DNA of 64,000 nt from Pyrinomonadaceae bacterium (GTDB lineage Bacteria > Acidobacteriota > Blastocatellia > Pyrinomonadales > Pyrinomonadaceae): assembly GCA_041749275.1 (NCBI GenBank), contig JBGTBQ010000014.1, forward strand, positions 1,751 to 65,750. The letters are read 5' to 3'. Shown here piece by piece: positions 43,503 to 53,800 of the stretch; position 1 is the stretch's first letter, and every line of letters begins with the position of its first letter. The position numbers and the translations under genes are program-made. Below the pieces are notes generated by a model, which saw nothing but the letters and a program-made list of their open reading frames with translations, ran no database searches and was not told the DNA's origin.

Positions 43503-45291
43503 ACCAAGCAAGATGGAATCGCGCTGGCACGGCACCGCTGTCTCTGACGGAGCGGCGGCGGGGCGTGTGCTACGCATCCACACGGGCGAGCGTGAATACA
43601 TCTACCGCGTCCGGCTCGACGACGCAGAGGTGGAGCGCGAGGCGCGCCGGTTCCGCGCCGCCATCAGACTGTCGCGCCGACAATTACGCACGCTGAGAAG
43701 GCGCGCCGAACGCGCTCTCGGCGACGAGCACGCCTACATCTTCGACGCTCATCTGCTGATGCTCGAAGACCGTAAGTTGAGCGATGACGTGGAGATTGTC
43801 ATCCGCGCCGAGCGAGTCAACAGCGAGTGGGCCTTGAAGGTCGTGACCGACCGCCTGCTCGCCGTCTATGACGAGATCAAGGACGATTACCTGCGCGAAC
43901 GCAGCTCGGATATTGAGGACGTGACGCGCCGCCTGCTGGTCGCTCTGAGCGGTGAGAGCTTGCACGGTCGGCGCTTGACCGAGGACGCCGTGATCGTCGC
44001 CGAGGAACTGATGCCCTCGACCATCGCCGAACTCGATTTCACACACATCAAGGCGATTGCGACCGATATGGGCGGTTGGACTTCGCATACGGCGATCATC
44101 GCTCGCGGTCTGGGCATCCCCGCCGTGGTGGGCTTGCGCGACTTCTATCGTCATTCGCGCACAGGCGATATGGTGGTCATTGACACGCGCGCGGGCGAGG
44201 TCATCCTGCACCCCTCGCCCGAAACTTTCGAGGCTTTCAAGAAAAAAGAGGTAGCGCGCGGCGGCGCCCCTTCGCGGGCCGTCGAAGAGGAATTAAGAAG
44301 TCCGTTGCGGACGCTCGATGGGGTGGAGATAACGCTACGCGCGAACGTCGAACTGCCCGCCGAGTACGAAGGAGTCGCGCGTTACGGCGCGCGCGGCATC
44401 GGTCTCTATCGCTCGGAGTTTTTGCTTACGCAACGGGGAGCCTTTCCAGACGAAGACGAGCAATGCGCCGCTTTTGAAGAGGTCGGGCGGGTCGCGGGCG
44501 AGGACGGGGCGGCGGTGCGCCTGTTCGACCTCGGCGGCGACAAGCACGGCGGCGGGCATGAGGGGGACGGCGAACGGAATCCCGCGCTCGGCCTACGCGC
44601 GATTCGCTTCTGTCTGCATAAGGAGGACGTACTGCGGACGCAAGTGCGTGCGGTGTTGCGCGCCGCCGCGCGCTACCGACTCGACCTCGTGCTGCCGATG
44701 ATCTCCGACATCACGGAAGTGAGACAGACGCGCTGCGTCATCGAACAGGAGCGAGCGCGGTTGGAAAAAGAGGGGCGAGCAGTGGGTGCGCTCCGCGTCG
44801 GTGCGATGATCGAAGTCCCCTCGGCGGTCATGGTCGCGGAGAAACTCGCGCGTGAGGTTGATTTCTTCAGCCTCGGCACAAACGACCTCGTGCAGTACAT
44901 GCTCGCCGTTGACCGTGGAAACGACGAGGTGGCCGGCTGGTTTCGCTCGCTCCACCCGGCGGTTTTGCAAGGCATCAGCCGCACGATTCAGGCGGCGCGC
45001 GGGGCTACGATCCCGGTCATCGTCTGCGGCGAGATGGCGGCGACGCCAGCCTATTCGGTTATCCTCGTCGGACTCGGCGCGCACGAACTCAGCATGGCCG
45101 CCTCTTCGATCCCACGCGTGCGCCGTATCCTTTCGCACATTGACTCTCAGGTCGCCGCGAGCATCGCGTCCGAATGTCTCGACTGCGCGACGGCGGACGA
45201 GGTCGAGGAGTTGGTGCGCGTGCGTCTCAGCGAGAGTTGGCCGAATCTCTTTCCGCCGGAAACCTTGCCAGAGCAAAGAACGAGCGAGTAA
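43492..45291 (+). CDS. ptsI: Phosphoenolpyruvate-protein phosphotransferase (Enzyme I)
   Basis: GGWTSHTAIIARGLGIPAVVG, SLGTNDLVQY and VCGEMAA. The start is either the GTG at 43492 (11-nt overlap with ptsH) or the ATG at 43513. Confidence 0.93.
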   Translation: MKSKPSKMESRWHGTAVSDGAAAGRVLRIHTGEREYIYRVRLDDAEVEREARRFRAAIRLSRRQLRTLRRRAERALGDEHAYIFDAHLLMLEDRKLSDDVEIVIRAERVNSEWALKVVTDRLLAVYDEIKDDYLRERSSDIEDVTRRLLVALSGESLHGRRLTEDAVIVAEELMPSTIAELDFTHIKAIATDMGGWTSHTAIIARGLGIPAVVGLRDFYRHSRTGDMVVIDTRAGEVILHPSPETFEAFKKKEVARGGAPSRAVEEELRSPLRTLDGVEITLRANVELPAEYEGVARYGARGIGLYRSEFLLTQRGAFPDEDEQCAAFEEVGRVAGEDGAAVRLFDLGGDKHGGGHEGDGERNPALGLRAIRFCLHKEDVLRTQVRAVLRAAARYRLDLVLPMISDITEVRQTRCVIEQERARLEKEGRAVGALRVGAMIEVPSAVMVAEKLAREVDFFSLGTNDLVQYMLAVDRGNDEVAGWFRSLHPAVLQGISRTIQAARGATIPVIVCGEMAATPAYSVILVGLGAHELSMAASSIPRVRRILSHIDSQVAASIASECLDCATADEVEELVRVRLSESWPNLFPPETLPEQRTSE

Positions 45292-45653
45292 AATCGAGGC
45301 GCGAGATTCGTTCGTGACCTTATATCTTTGACCTGTTCGTCGCATCATCCGGAGCCTTCTCGCAAAACTTTTCAGCGGAAGCTCAGAGTCCAGCCTTCCG
45401 GCGGCTGCTTAACGAAAAGACGCGCAAAACGTCGTGAAATCTAATGATTGTGCGCGCCTCTGCTTCCGCCGAATTTTTATCTCTGGCGAGAGATTCTCTG
45501 AGAATTGAGCTGGTTTCGTCGTTTATCCGGAATGAGAGCGCGACTGACAACCGCGTTGCGCTCTGGCGACCAACATGGGGTTGAGGAGAGGCGATTGCCA
45601 CTTTCCGCCATGCCCGGCGGCCCGGCTTCGCTCGAGAGATAAGGAAGAGTGCT

Positions 45654-46838
45654 ATGAGGAAGTTTTTTATTATCGCTGCGATAGCGCTGGCCGTGTGTGC
45701 TCCACGCGCGCTGGCGGCAAACGCGCAAGCGTCGAACATTCGCGTCGGCCCGCTCTCGGAGGAAAAGGTTGCGAGTGAGGGCAAAGCGGCCCCCGCGCCG
45801 AAGAGCGAGAAAAAGGCCGACGCCGACACCAAAGCTCCTAAAAAGGAACCCGCGGACGGTCAGATTCCCGCCGTCGCTGCTTCGACAACACTCCCCGCCG
45901 CCGTTGAACCCAACAAGTCTTCGAGCGCGAGCGACGCGCCCCCGAAAACGAACTCGCCGGTCGTCCCCGTCTCCACGCTGGAGAAGAGCGGCGGAATGGA
46001 AGCCGGCGGTGACGGAGTGACTTCCAAGAACGCCGGCGCGGACCCGCCCGCGCCAGCACCGACGACCACTAATGCCGTGACGACGACCGCGCCCCTCACG
46101 TCCATCTACCGCATCGGCGTCGGCGACGTGCTCGACATCCGCCTGCTCAATCTTTCGGAGGCGCGACAGTCAACGCTGTTCACCGTGCTGGCGGGCGGCG
46201 TGGTCGAATACCCGCTGTTAACCAATCCGATGAATGTCGCCGGGTTGACAACCGATGAACTGGCCTTGCAACTCATCAGCGCACTGCGTAAACGCGGCGT
46301 TTACGACAAGCCACAAGTGCGCGTGAGCGTGCGCGACTATGCGAGCCACGCCGTCCTCGTCAGCGGCCTCGCGGGCGACCCCGGCACCAAGATTCTGCGG
46401 CGCGAGGCGATCCCGCTCTATGTCGTCGTCGCCGAAGCGCAACCCAAGCCGGAAGCCGGACGCGCCATCGTCATCTCACACTCGACAGGTAAGACGACGA
46501 GCGCGGACTTGAACGACGCGGCGGCGATGAACATGCTCGTCCAGCAGGGCGACGTGATCAATCTCGTCGTGCGTCCGCGTGAATTTTTCTACGTGGGCGG
46601 CGAGATAAACGCGCCGGGCCAGAAGGATTTTCACACCGGGATGACGTTGACGCAGGCGGTGCTGGCTTCGGGTGGCGTGACGCGGATCGCCGCCGGACGA
46701 GTGAAGGTCTCGCGTCAGGGCGACGACGGGCGGCTCGTCTCCGTCGAATACAACCTGAAGGAGATTGAGGACGGGCACGTCCCGGACCCGAGCATCAACG
46801 CCGGCGACCGCATCGAGGTCGCGCGCGGGAAGAAGTAA
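45654..46838 (+). CDS. Polysaccharide export protein (Wza-like: Poly_export + SLBB) with a long disordered N-terminal extension
   Basis: Signal peptide, a low-complexity A/P/K/T region of about 140 aa, then IYRIGVGDVLDIRLLN... and SLBB-like repeats. Confidence 0.8.
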   Translation: MRKFFIIAAIALAVCAPRALAANAQASNIRVGPLSEEKVASEGKAAPAPKSEKKADADTKAPKKEPADGQIPAVAASTTLPAAVEPNKSSSASDAPPKTNSPVVPVSTLEKSGGMEAGGDGVTSKNAGADPPAPAPTTTNAVTTTAPLTSIYRIGVGDVLDIRLLNLSEARQSTLFTVLAGGVVEYPLLTNPMNVAGLTTDELALQLISALRKRGVYDKPQVRVSVRDYASHAVLVSGLAGDPGTKILRREAIPLYVVVAEAQPKPEAGRAIVISHSTGKTTSADLNDAAAMNMLVQQGDVINLVVRPREFFYVGGEINAPGQKDFHTGMTLTQAVLASGGVTRIAAGRVKVSRQGDDGRLVSVEYNLKEIEDGHVPDPSINAGDRIEVARGKK

Positions 46839-46840
46839 AC

Positions 46841-46997
46841 AGGAGCAGACGGCAGGAGCGGGAGGTGGACGAGAGGGGCGGGCGGCAGAAAATATCGAAT
46901 TTGAAAAGAGGACTTTCATATTCGAGCTTCAAGCTTTGAGTTTCCAGCGCGACAGCTTTTCACCTGCCTCCTGCCCCTGCCGTCTGCTTCTTTTTTT
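46841..46997 (+). terminator. Long composite hairpin plus T7 run after the Wza-like gene
   Basis: AGGAGCAGACGGCAGGAGCGGGAGGTGG (46841-46868) pairs with CACCTGCCTCCTGCCCCTGCCGTCTGCTTC (46961-46990): 13 bp perfect and a further 9 of 12. An inner TCGAATTTGAAA / TTTCATATTCGA stem lies between them. T7 at 46991-46997. Confidence 0.55.
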
Positions 46998-47213
46998 ACC
47001 GGCTCCCTGTTTTCGACTCCGGCCCCCTGTTATTATCTTCTGCCTTCTCCCACTTGATATCGTTCTTGCTCCACACGGACTGACGCTGTATTATTCTGCC
47101 CGGCAAGTTTCACTGATGCCGCCGGGGCGCGTTCGCCCGGCTGTTCTCCCGGCGACCCGTTTCGTTAAGAACAATTCGCACCAACTCGCACCTGCCCGTC
47201 GGAGGAAACGAAC

Positions 47214-49496
47214 TTGATTATGAGTAATAGAATCGGCGCGGCGGCGCTCGCGGTGGCGCTCGTCTTTACCCCGTTCACGACCGCCCTAGCTTCAATTTCC
47301 ACGCCCCCGCGAACGACCCAACAGGACGACACCCCGCCCGAGGCCGAGCAGAAAATTTTCAGTCAGGGGCGCGACCTCTTCGCGCAAGGGAAGTACGAAC
47401 AGGCGGCGACCGTCTTCAGCGACTTCCTCAAAAAGTATCCGAACAGCTTCATCTCAGACCTGATGATGCTTTGGCTCGGTCGCTCCTACATCGAACTCGG
47501 CAAGTTGGCCGAGGCGGAGCAGGTTGGTCAACGCCTCCGTGCGATGCCCGATACCCCTTTCTCTGACATCTACGAGAGCGAACTCCAGAACGCGCGCCGC
47601 GCCGCGCCGACGACGACAATCGCGGCCACTCCCTCGACGACGCGCACGGTTGCCCGAGCGACGCCGACGCCCGCGCCGGTCCGTCCCGCGCCCACGCCGC
47701 GACCGACACCGACGGAGATGGCTCGCGGCGGGAATCCCAGCACCCCCACGCTCAACATCCGCGGCGAAGGCAATGAAAGCCGTCCGCGCACCGCCGGTCA
47801 GCAATCACCATCGAGGAGAACGCCGGCGATGAGGCCGACACCTACGCCGCTGCCGACCCCGGCCCCGACACCCATCCGTCGTGAGACTCCGGTGCAGATC
47901 GCTGAAACGACGCGACCTCCGGTCACACCTGTCCGCACCACGACCGATGGGAGCAGCGACACGGGTACGGTTTCCACCTCGCCGGCTCCTGATACAACTC
48001 AATCGTCCGGAGGGTTCAGTTTAACGGTCAAGCAGGTGCCCGACCTCCAACTCGCGCTCCGCCGCGCGGCGCTCGCGGCCCAGCCCGGCCAAGCTATTCA
48101 ACTCCCTCTCGTCGTGACGAACACCGGCAACAAGGAAGATCAGTTCCGCGTCGAGACCGACCTGCCCGCCGAGTACCAGCCCGCGTTCAGCGGCAGCGGC
48201 ACCGATACGGGGATGCCGATCTACGTTACGCCGACGTTGCAGCGCGGGGCGAGCCTCGAAGTCAACCTCAACATCCGCGTCCCCGACAACGCGCCCGACA
48301 ATCAACAGCAGCGCTTCCTCGTTCGCGCGGCCTCGCAGGCCAGCTCCACCGTGCTCAAGGTCGCCGACGCCTCGCTGACGGTTGTCGCCGCGGCGCTGTC
48401 CGCCGTCTCGAACGTAACGCAGGAGATGGTGATGCCGAACGAGACGTTCACGCAGCGTATCGCCATCCGCAATCAGGGCAGCGCCAGCGCTCGCGGCGCC
48501 CGCGCCGACTTCGTCTTCCACCCGGACTTCGAGTTGGTCAGCGCGACGCCCGCGCCGATCAACTACGACCGCCCATCGCGCACAGCTATCTGGAGCCTCG
48601 GCGACCTTGAATCGCGCGACAACCGCGAGATCACCGTCACGCTCAAAGCCGTGCCGGACGCGCTCGCTTCGACCAATACCACCATCGGGCGCGGCACGAT
48701 GCGGACCCAGAGTCTGGTCATCCCCTCGAATTTCGACGGGCCGGCCATCAACGTCGGGCGCGTCCCACGCGCGCAGGTTGATGCGGTCTCGCCGGGTCTG
48801 ACCACGACGCCGGGCGATACCATCTTCGTCCCGTTCATCGTTCGCAATCCGAGCAACTATCCGGAGAGCTACAATCTCAACATCACGGCGCCGGGGGCGC
48901 CCATCGCGACCATCTACGCCGACACGAACGGCGACGGCCAGCATCAGGATGGCGAGCAGCCAGTGACGCAGACCGCCACGCTCGATCCGCGCGGCGGGCA
49001 GTATCCCGTGCTCCTGCGCGTCGAAATCCCGCGCACGACGCCCGACCGTCAACAGTTCGCCTATAACCTCGTCACGCGCGCCATGAACGCAACCGGGCGC
49101 ACGGCCAGCGAGGCAAGCACCGTGCTCACCGTTGCCACGCCGCGCGTTCGCATCCGTCCCGAATACGGCACGGCGGAGGTGAAACCGGGCGACACGATCT
49201 TCTACCGGCTCGTGCTCGTCAACGACGGCGGCGGGTTGGCGAAGAACCTGTCGGTGGCGGAAGTGCTGCCGGACGCGCTGGAGTTCGTCTCCTCTTCGCC
49301 GTCGCTCAACTTGCAGGACGGGGCCGGCAGCTCGCGCAGTTTCGTCTGGCGTGTGCCTGAACTCGCGCCGGGCGATACCTCTGTGCTCTTGGTGACGGTG
49401 CGCGTGCGCCCGAACATCCCCGCCGATTCCGTTTTGACGCCGCGCCACTCGCTCACTTATCAGGACACGAACGGGAACAATTACCGGGGCCAATGA
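47214..49496 (+). CDS. Secreted TPR (YbgF-like) + Pro/Thr-rich linker + four DUF11/CARDB-like repeat-domain protein
   Basis: Signal peptide MSNRIGAAALAVALVFTPFTTALA, a TPR block, and a P/T/R-rich linker of about 190 aa. DUF11-type units, e.g. VKPGDTIFYRLVLVNDGGGLAKNLSVAEVLPDALEFVSSSP. Confidence 0.75.
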   Translation: MIMSNRIGAAALAVALVFTPFTTALASISTPPRTTQQDDTPPEAEQKIFSQGRDLFAQGKYEQAATVFSDFLKKYPNSFISDLMMLWLGRSYIELGKLAEAEQVGQRLRAMPDTPFSDIYESELQNARRAAPTTTIAATPSTTRTVARATPTPAPVRPAPTPRPTPTEMARGGNPSTPTLNIRGEGNESRPRTAGQQSPSRRTPAMRPTPTPLPTPAPTPIRRETPVQIAETTRPPVTPVRTTTDGSSDTGTVSTSPAPDTTQSSGGFSLTVKQVPDLQLALRRAALAAQPGQAIQLPLVVTNTGNKEDQFRVETDLPAEYQPAFSGSGTDTGMPIYVTPTLQRGASLEVNLNIRVPDNAPDNQQQRFLVRAASQASSTVLKVADASLTVVAAALSAVSNVTQEMVMPNETFTQRIAIRNQGSASARGARADFVFHPDFELVSATPAPINYDRPSRTAIWSLGDLESRDNREITVTLKAVPDALASTNTTIGRGTMRTQSLVIPSNFDGPAINVGRVPRAQVDAVSPGLTTTPGDTIFVPFIVRNPSNYPESYNLNITAPGAPIATIYADTNGDGQHQDGEQPVTQTATLDPRGGQYPVLLRVEIPRTTPDRQQFAYNLVTRAMNATGRTASEASTVLTVATPRVRIRPEYGTAEVKPGDTIFYRLVLVNDGGGLAKNLSVAEVLPDALEFVSSSPSLNLQDGAGSSRSFVWRVPELAPGDTSVLLVTVRVRPNIPADSVLTPRHSLTYQDTNGNNYRGQ

Positions 49497-50071
49497 GCGA
49501 CGCGACCCCGCTCGAACCACGACACACGGAGGCCGGCGACGCAGAGCCGGGCCTCCGTGTTCTTTTTCCGCCGGGCGACTCCTCTCGCCCGGCGCGTGCG
49601 CGGCAAAACCTCGTCCGCCTGCTCGTCGGCAAGTCCATCTTTGAAGCGCTGCTCGTCGCGGCGCTCGCGGCGGCGTTCCTTTCCAGCGCTTTCAACCCTT
49701 CGTTTCGCGGCGCGCTGACACTCGTCGGACACGGGCGCATCGAAGGCTGGGTCATTGACACGTCGCGGCCAGAGGCGCGCGTCGAAGTGCAGCTCTACAT
49801 TGATGGGCGTTTTGTGGCAAGCGCTGACGCCGACAAACAACCCTCGGAGATGAGTGGCGCGGGCATGACGACCGACGGACGACATGGCTTCCGCTTCGAC
49901 TTCGATGTCGAGGGTTCCAGCGAGCACGAGGCGCGCGTCTACGCCGTCCACACCAGCGGCGACGAAGGCACGCGCACGTTGCAACTCGTCGGGAAGCCTT
50001 TGCGTTTCGGCGGTGGTTCGTCGCCGGAGGTTATAACCGAAGGGGCTTGGAGAGGCGCGGACAGCCGTTGA
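49493..50071 (+). CDS. Membrane-anchored hypothetical protein with a beta-sandwich-like C-terminal domain
   Basis: The ATG overlaps the upstream stop (ATGA). One TM helix (LLVAALAAAFLSSAF), then GRIEGWVID...VEVQLYIDGRFV...GRHGFRFDF. Confidence 0.5.
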   Translation: MSDATPLEPRHTEAGDAEPGLRVLFPPGDSSRPARARQNLVRLLVGKSIFEALLVAALAAAFLSSAFNPSFRGALTLVGHGRIEGWVIDTSRPEARVEVQLYIDGRFVASADADKQPSEMSGAGMTTDGRHGFRFDFDVEGSSEHEARVYAVHTSGDEGTRTLQLVGKPLRFGGGSSPEVITEGAWRGADSR

Positions 50072-50757
50072 ACCGAAAAGAGCTGATTGATCGAGATACA
50101 CACGGATTGAGCGCCGGGTCGCTCGCGTTGTGGGAAATCCTGTCGGTGTTTTTCTCTATTCTCCTCGCCGAATGGATTGTCTTCTCAATCGGCGGCGGGA
50201 GCAATCTGCTCCTCGCCGTTCCGGTCGGCGTCGCCTTTGCCTTCATGCTCATCTCGCACCGGCTGCGAGGTGAGTCCGCGCGCGACATCGGTCTCCGGTT
50301 GGACAACTTCGGACAGGCCGCGCGTCTTCTCGTCCTGCCGACGGTTGTGCAGACGCTTTTTCTTCTTTGCGTCGGATGGCTCACGTCGAGCATCAACTTC
50401 GCGCGGTGGGACGGCGGTCAGTCAATTCTCGGTATGCCGTTGCTCGGCGTGTTCTGGGGGCTGTTGCAGCAGTACGCGCTTCAGGGCTTTATTAACCGGC
50501 GCGCGCAGGTGGTGTGGGGTCAAGGTTGGACGAGTGTGACGGTGGTCGCGCTCATCTTCGCGGCGCTCCACCTGCCAAACCCGTGGCTTACTTTGGCGAC
50601 GTTCAGCGGCGGTCTGGTCTGGGCCTACGTCTACCAGCGCGCGCCGAACCTGTTCGCGCTCGGCCTGTCGCACGGGCTGATGACGTGGGTGCTCATCTCG
50701 ACCGTTCCGCCGCAGGCACTCTACCATCTGCGGGTCGGCTTCAAATTCTTCGGTTAG
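50047..50757 (+). CDS. CPBP (CAAX/Abi) family intramembrane protease homologue with a degenerate motif 1
   Basis: Polytopic. Motif 2 FAALH and motif 3 SHGLM are present, but the EExxxR position reads LLQQYALQGF. The start is uncertain: TTG at 50047, or TTG at 50068 overlapping the upstream stop. Confidence 0.6.
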   Translation: MERRGQPLNRKELIDRDTHGLSAGSLALWEILSVFFSILLAEWIVFSIGGGSNLLLAVPVGVAFAFMLISHRLRGESARDIGLRLDNFGQAARLLVLPTVVQTLFLLCVGWLTSSINFARWDGGQSILGMPLLGVFWGLLQQYALQGFINRRAQVVWGQGWTSVTVVALIFAALHLPNPWLTLATFSGGLVWAYVYQRAPNLFALGLSHGLMTWVLISTVPPQALYHLRVGFKFFG

Positions 50758-50858
50758 CCGCGATCAGTCGCCGGCTTCATTCCGGCTTGCCTCATACAAT
50801 CAGCATGACGGACTGATAGCTTCTCGCCTCGTCGGTGCGGGCAACGATGCCCGCGCCG

Positions 50859-53800
50859 CTATCTCTGGGAACCGAAGAGCACAAACGGCGCCCAGTAAAA
50901 GGGCGCACTGTGCTTTTCACCGGCGATTAACTCCAACTGGGCGGAGCGCAAAGCAGCGGATACGGACGTGCCCTCTTTGGTAAGGAATCGTTTGTAAAAC
51001 TTCGTCATCAACTCGGCGGTCGCCTCATCCGAGACTGACCACAGGCTAACCCCGATGTTTGACGCGCCCGCGTACATAAAGCCCCGCGTGAATCCGCTCA
51101 CCCCTTCGCCTCTCTTCAACTCCCCCAGCCCCGTTTCGCACGCCGAGAGCATCACCAGTTGCGAATTCAGGCGGAGGTTGAACACTTCATCCACCCGCAG
51201 AAAACCATCGTTATCCGCGTCCCCGACGAGGGAGAGCGCCAGCCCCGTAAGTTGCGGGCGCTCAGGGTTCAAAATGCCATGCGTGGCGAAGTGGAGGATG
51301 TCAAAGGCACGCAAGTCTCTCTTGGACAAATTTGTTTCGCTGGCCTCAAGGTCGAGCAGCGTCGCGGCGGTATCACTCGATGAAGAGGTCAACTTGACGA
51401 TCATCTCGGCCTCTAAACGAGAGCCTTTGAGGCGCGTGAGCCGCACCTCGTTGAAGGTGGAATTTGCCAAATCTTCAATCGCGCTGAGTAGTTTCAAACT
51501 GCGCGTGGCATCGCCCGATTGTTTCAGGTTAGCCGCCGCTTGCCGGACGCGCGGGTCGGTTGCGTCAAAGACCGGGTCAGCCATAATCAAGAGTCGGTGT
51601 GGGGCTTTCGCCTCGGAGACACGCGGCTTGATTTCGGCAAGAATAGAGGCCATCGGCAAGTAAGAAATCTCATGGTCTTTGATAAAGTAAGGCAGCTCGC
51701 GATAACTCGCGCCTTTCTTTTTTGTAATGAGAGTTTCAAACGGGATGAAATGCAGCGCCCCGTCGGCGACGATGACCAGACGCTTGTCATCAATCATCGC
51801 CGCCGCCGGATCAACGATGACTTTATAAAGATCGTGCGCCGCCGTCAGGTAAGCTTCTATCTCCGAGAGTGTTTGTGTCGGCGGTGTCTCTACCGTCGCC
51901 AGACCGCGCGTTGCGCGTGGCTGCACGCCATCGGCGTTGAGAGTTGCGCCGCCGAGGTTGGCTGGTAATATCTTTGCACGTAAATGAAGAGCTTTAGCCT
52001 CAATCACCGAGCGGGCGGGCAGCCTGTAAAGCATGATCTCACTGCGCGTCACAGCCCACAGGTAGGAGTTCTCCTCGCCGAGACTGTATTCGAGCAGCAC
52101 GGACTTTTCATCCAACACATTATTCACCGCGCCGGGCTGGCTGAGTCTATCCGCATCCGGTAAGTTTCGCGTGAACGAAGCGGGCGCGATTTGATAAGAA
52201 CTCTCAACGAATGCGTGATCTATTTTCCGCGGCACGGCTTTTATCTGTTTTGCTTCATTGTGAAATCCGCCGCCCGTCGTCCCATTCCTTGAAGCGAGCG
52301 CCTCCTGAATCGCTTTAAATGTTACCGGCTGTGGGTTCGTGAGTGCGGCATACCGGGGGTTTAAAGCTAGGAGTTGGTTGTTCAGGGCGACGTACCGCTG
52401 TTCCAAAGTCTCAAGTTCCGCTTCGAGCGCTTCGACGGAGTGCGGGGTCGAGTCGCAGCCGACCGCCACGCCGCTGATGAATTGGGCAATTTTATTTTGT
52501 CGCGCGCGAATCGCTCTCCTCTCATTTAAAAGTGCGAGCGGGATGCCTTGGGAAACTTCCGCATTTGCATCTTCCAGCAAGTCAAGGATGGTGTGGGCAC
52601 GCCCCTGCTCAACTATCTGGAAGGCCGCCACCGCGTAAGTCTGTGAGATTCCGTTGAGACTCGTCGCGTTTGGGGGAGCGGCCAACAGAGCCATCTCCGC
52701 CAGCACCCGCGATGCCTCTTCAAACACTACTCGCGTGTCCGAGAGGAAACTCTTCCGGGCCTCGGAGAAGCGGAGGCTGCCCAAGAGGAACCTGCCGATG
52801 GTGTCAGTAGCCGTTTTGTAAGCCTCCGACGACAGCCGGCGCAACTCCGCCGCCTGTGCCGCATCTTTCTCGCGCGTGGACTGAACCCAGTACACTCGTC
52901 CGACGCCACGCTGCGCGGCCCACGCGAGGTCAGGGCGACCCACTTTGACCGCGCTGCCCACGGCCTCCGTATAGAGTCGTAAAGCGTCTGCGTAGTCGCT
53001 ATTGCGTAAGGCAACGTCGCCGAGGCTCGTCAGCGCCGCGACGCGGTAACGTCGCGCCTCCGCGAGTTTTCCTGCCGGCGAATCCGCACCGGCGGCGGAC
53101 AAAACGTTTTCAAAGTGCTTCTTCGCCTCGTCGAGTCGAGCGCCGGTAAAAGCCACGCGTCCCTGCCCGAACTCTCCGGCGGCGTAACTGATAAGCGCCC
53201 GGTAATGATAGACGCTCTCGTAACAGTCCGAGCGGTCGGACTCGTTGCGCGCGATTGTTACTTGCGTGAAGAAGTACTGCCCGTCAGGCGATTTCACGAT
53301 ACCCGTCCCCGCGTGTGTCAGTCGCTCATTGAGAATGTTGCCGCGGTGTCGTTCGGAAGTCATCCAACCCTCAAGCGTGGCCTTCACTACGTCTTCATAA
53401 CCACCATTGGAACTGATGATCTCGCCTAACCCCTCGTAATTGCGGAGACCGAATGCCATGGCTCGTCCGTATTCGTCAAGCCCGCTTTTATCAACGTGAC
53501 TGAGGAAGCCCCCGCGCGCCATGTTCTCCGCGTGATAGCGCGCCATTTGTGTCAGTTGACCGTCGAGGATGAATGGCTTGAGGTTTATCGCACGGCGTTC
53601 GGCGTTGATAAAATCAATGACTTGTTGCTCGTCACTTGAGGGCGCGCCTCCCCGTCCAATCGAATCCATCTGCGCGAACATAGCATCCGCATCTTTGATT
53701 TTATTTAAAAGGAGATAAAGCTCTCCCGATTTCGCCCGCAACAGATTGGTGCTGATTCTATCGTTCCTTGCGCTAAACAATTCCAGCGCGCTCTGATACT

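Noticed and set aside
43510-43535. Sigma-54 promoter (CTGGCACGGCACCGCTG)
   Set aside because: TGGCAC is present, but no TTGC element follows at the -12 spacing, and the site lies inside ptsI. Scanning the intergenic regions by eye found no convincing TGGCAC-N5-TTGC match.
48021-49520. 499-aa ORF on the minus strand
   Set aside because: It is antisense to the DUF11-repeat gene, with Arg/Gly/Asp-rich low-information sequence. The sense-strand gene has clear domain repeats and a signal peptide.
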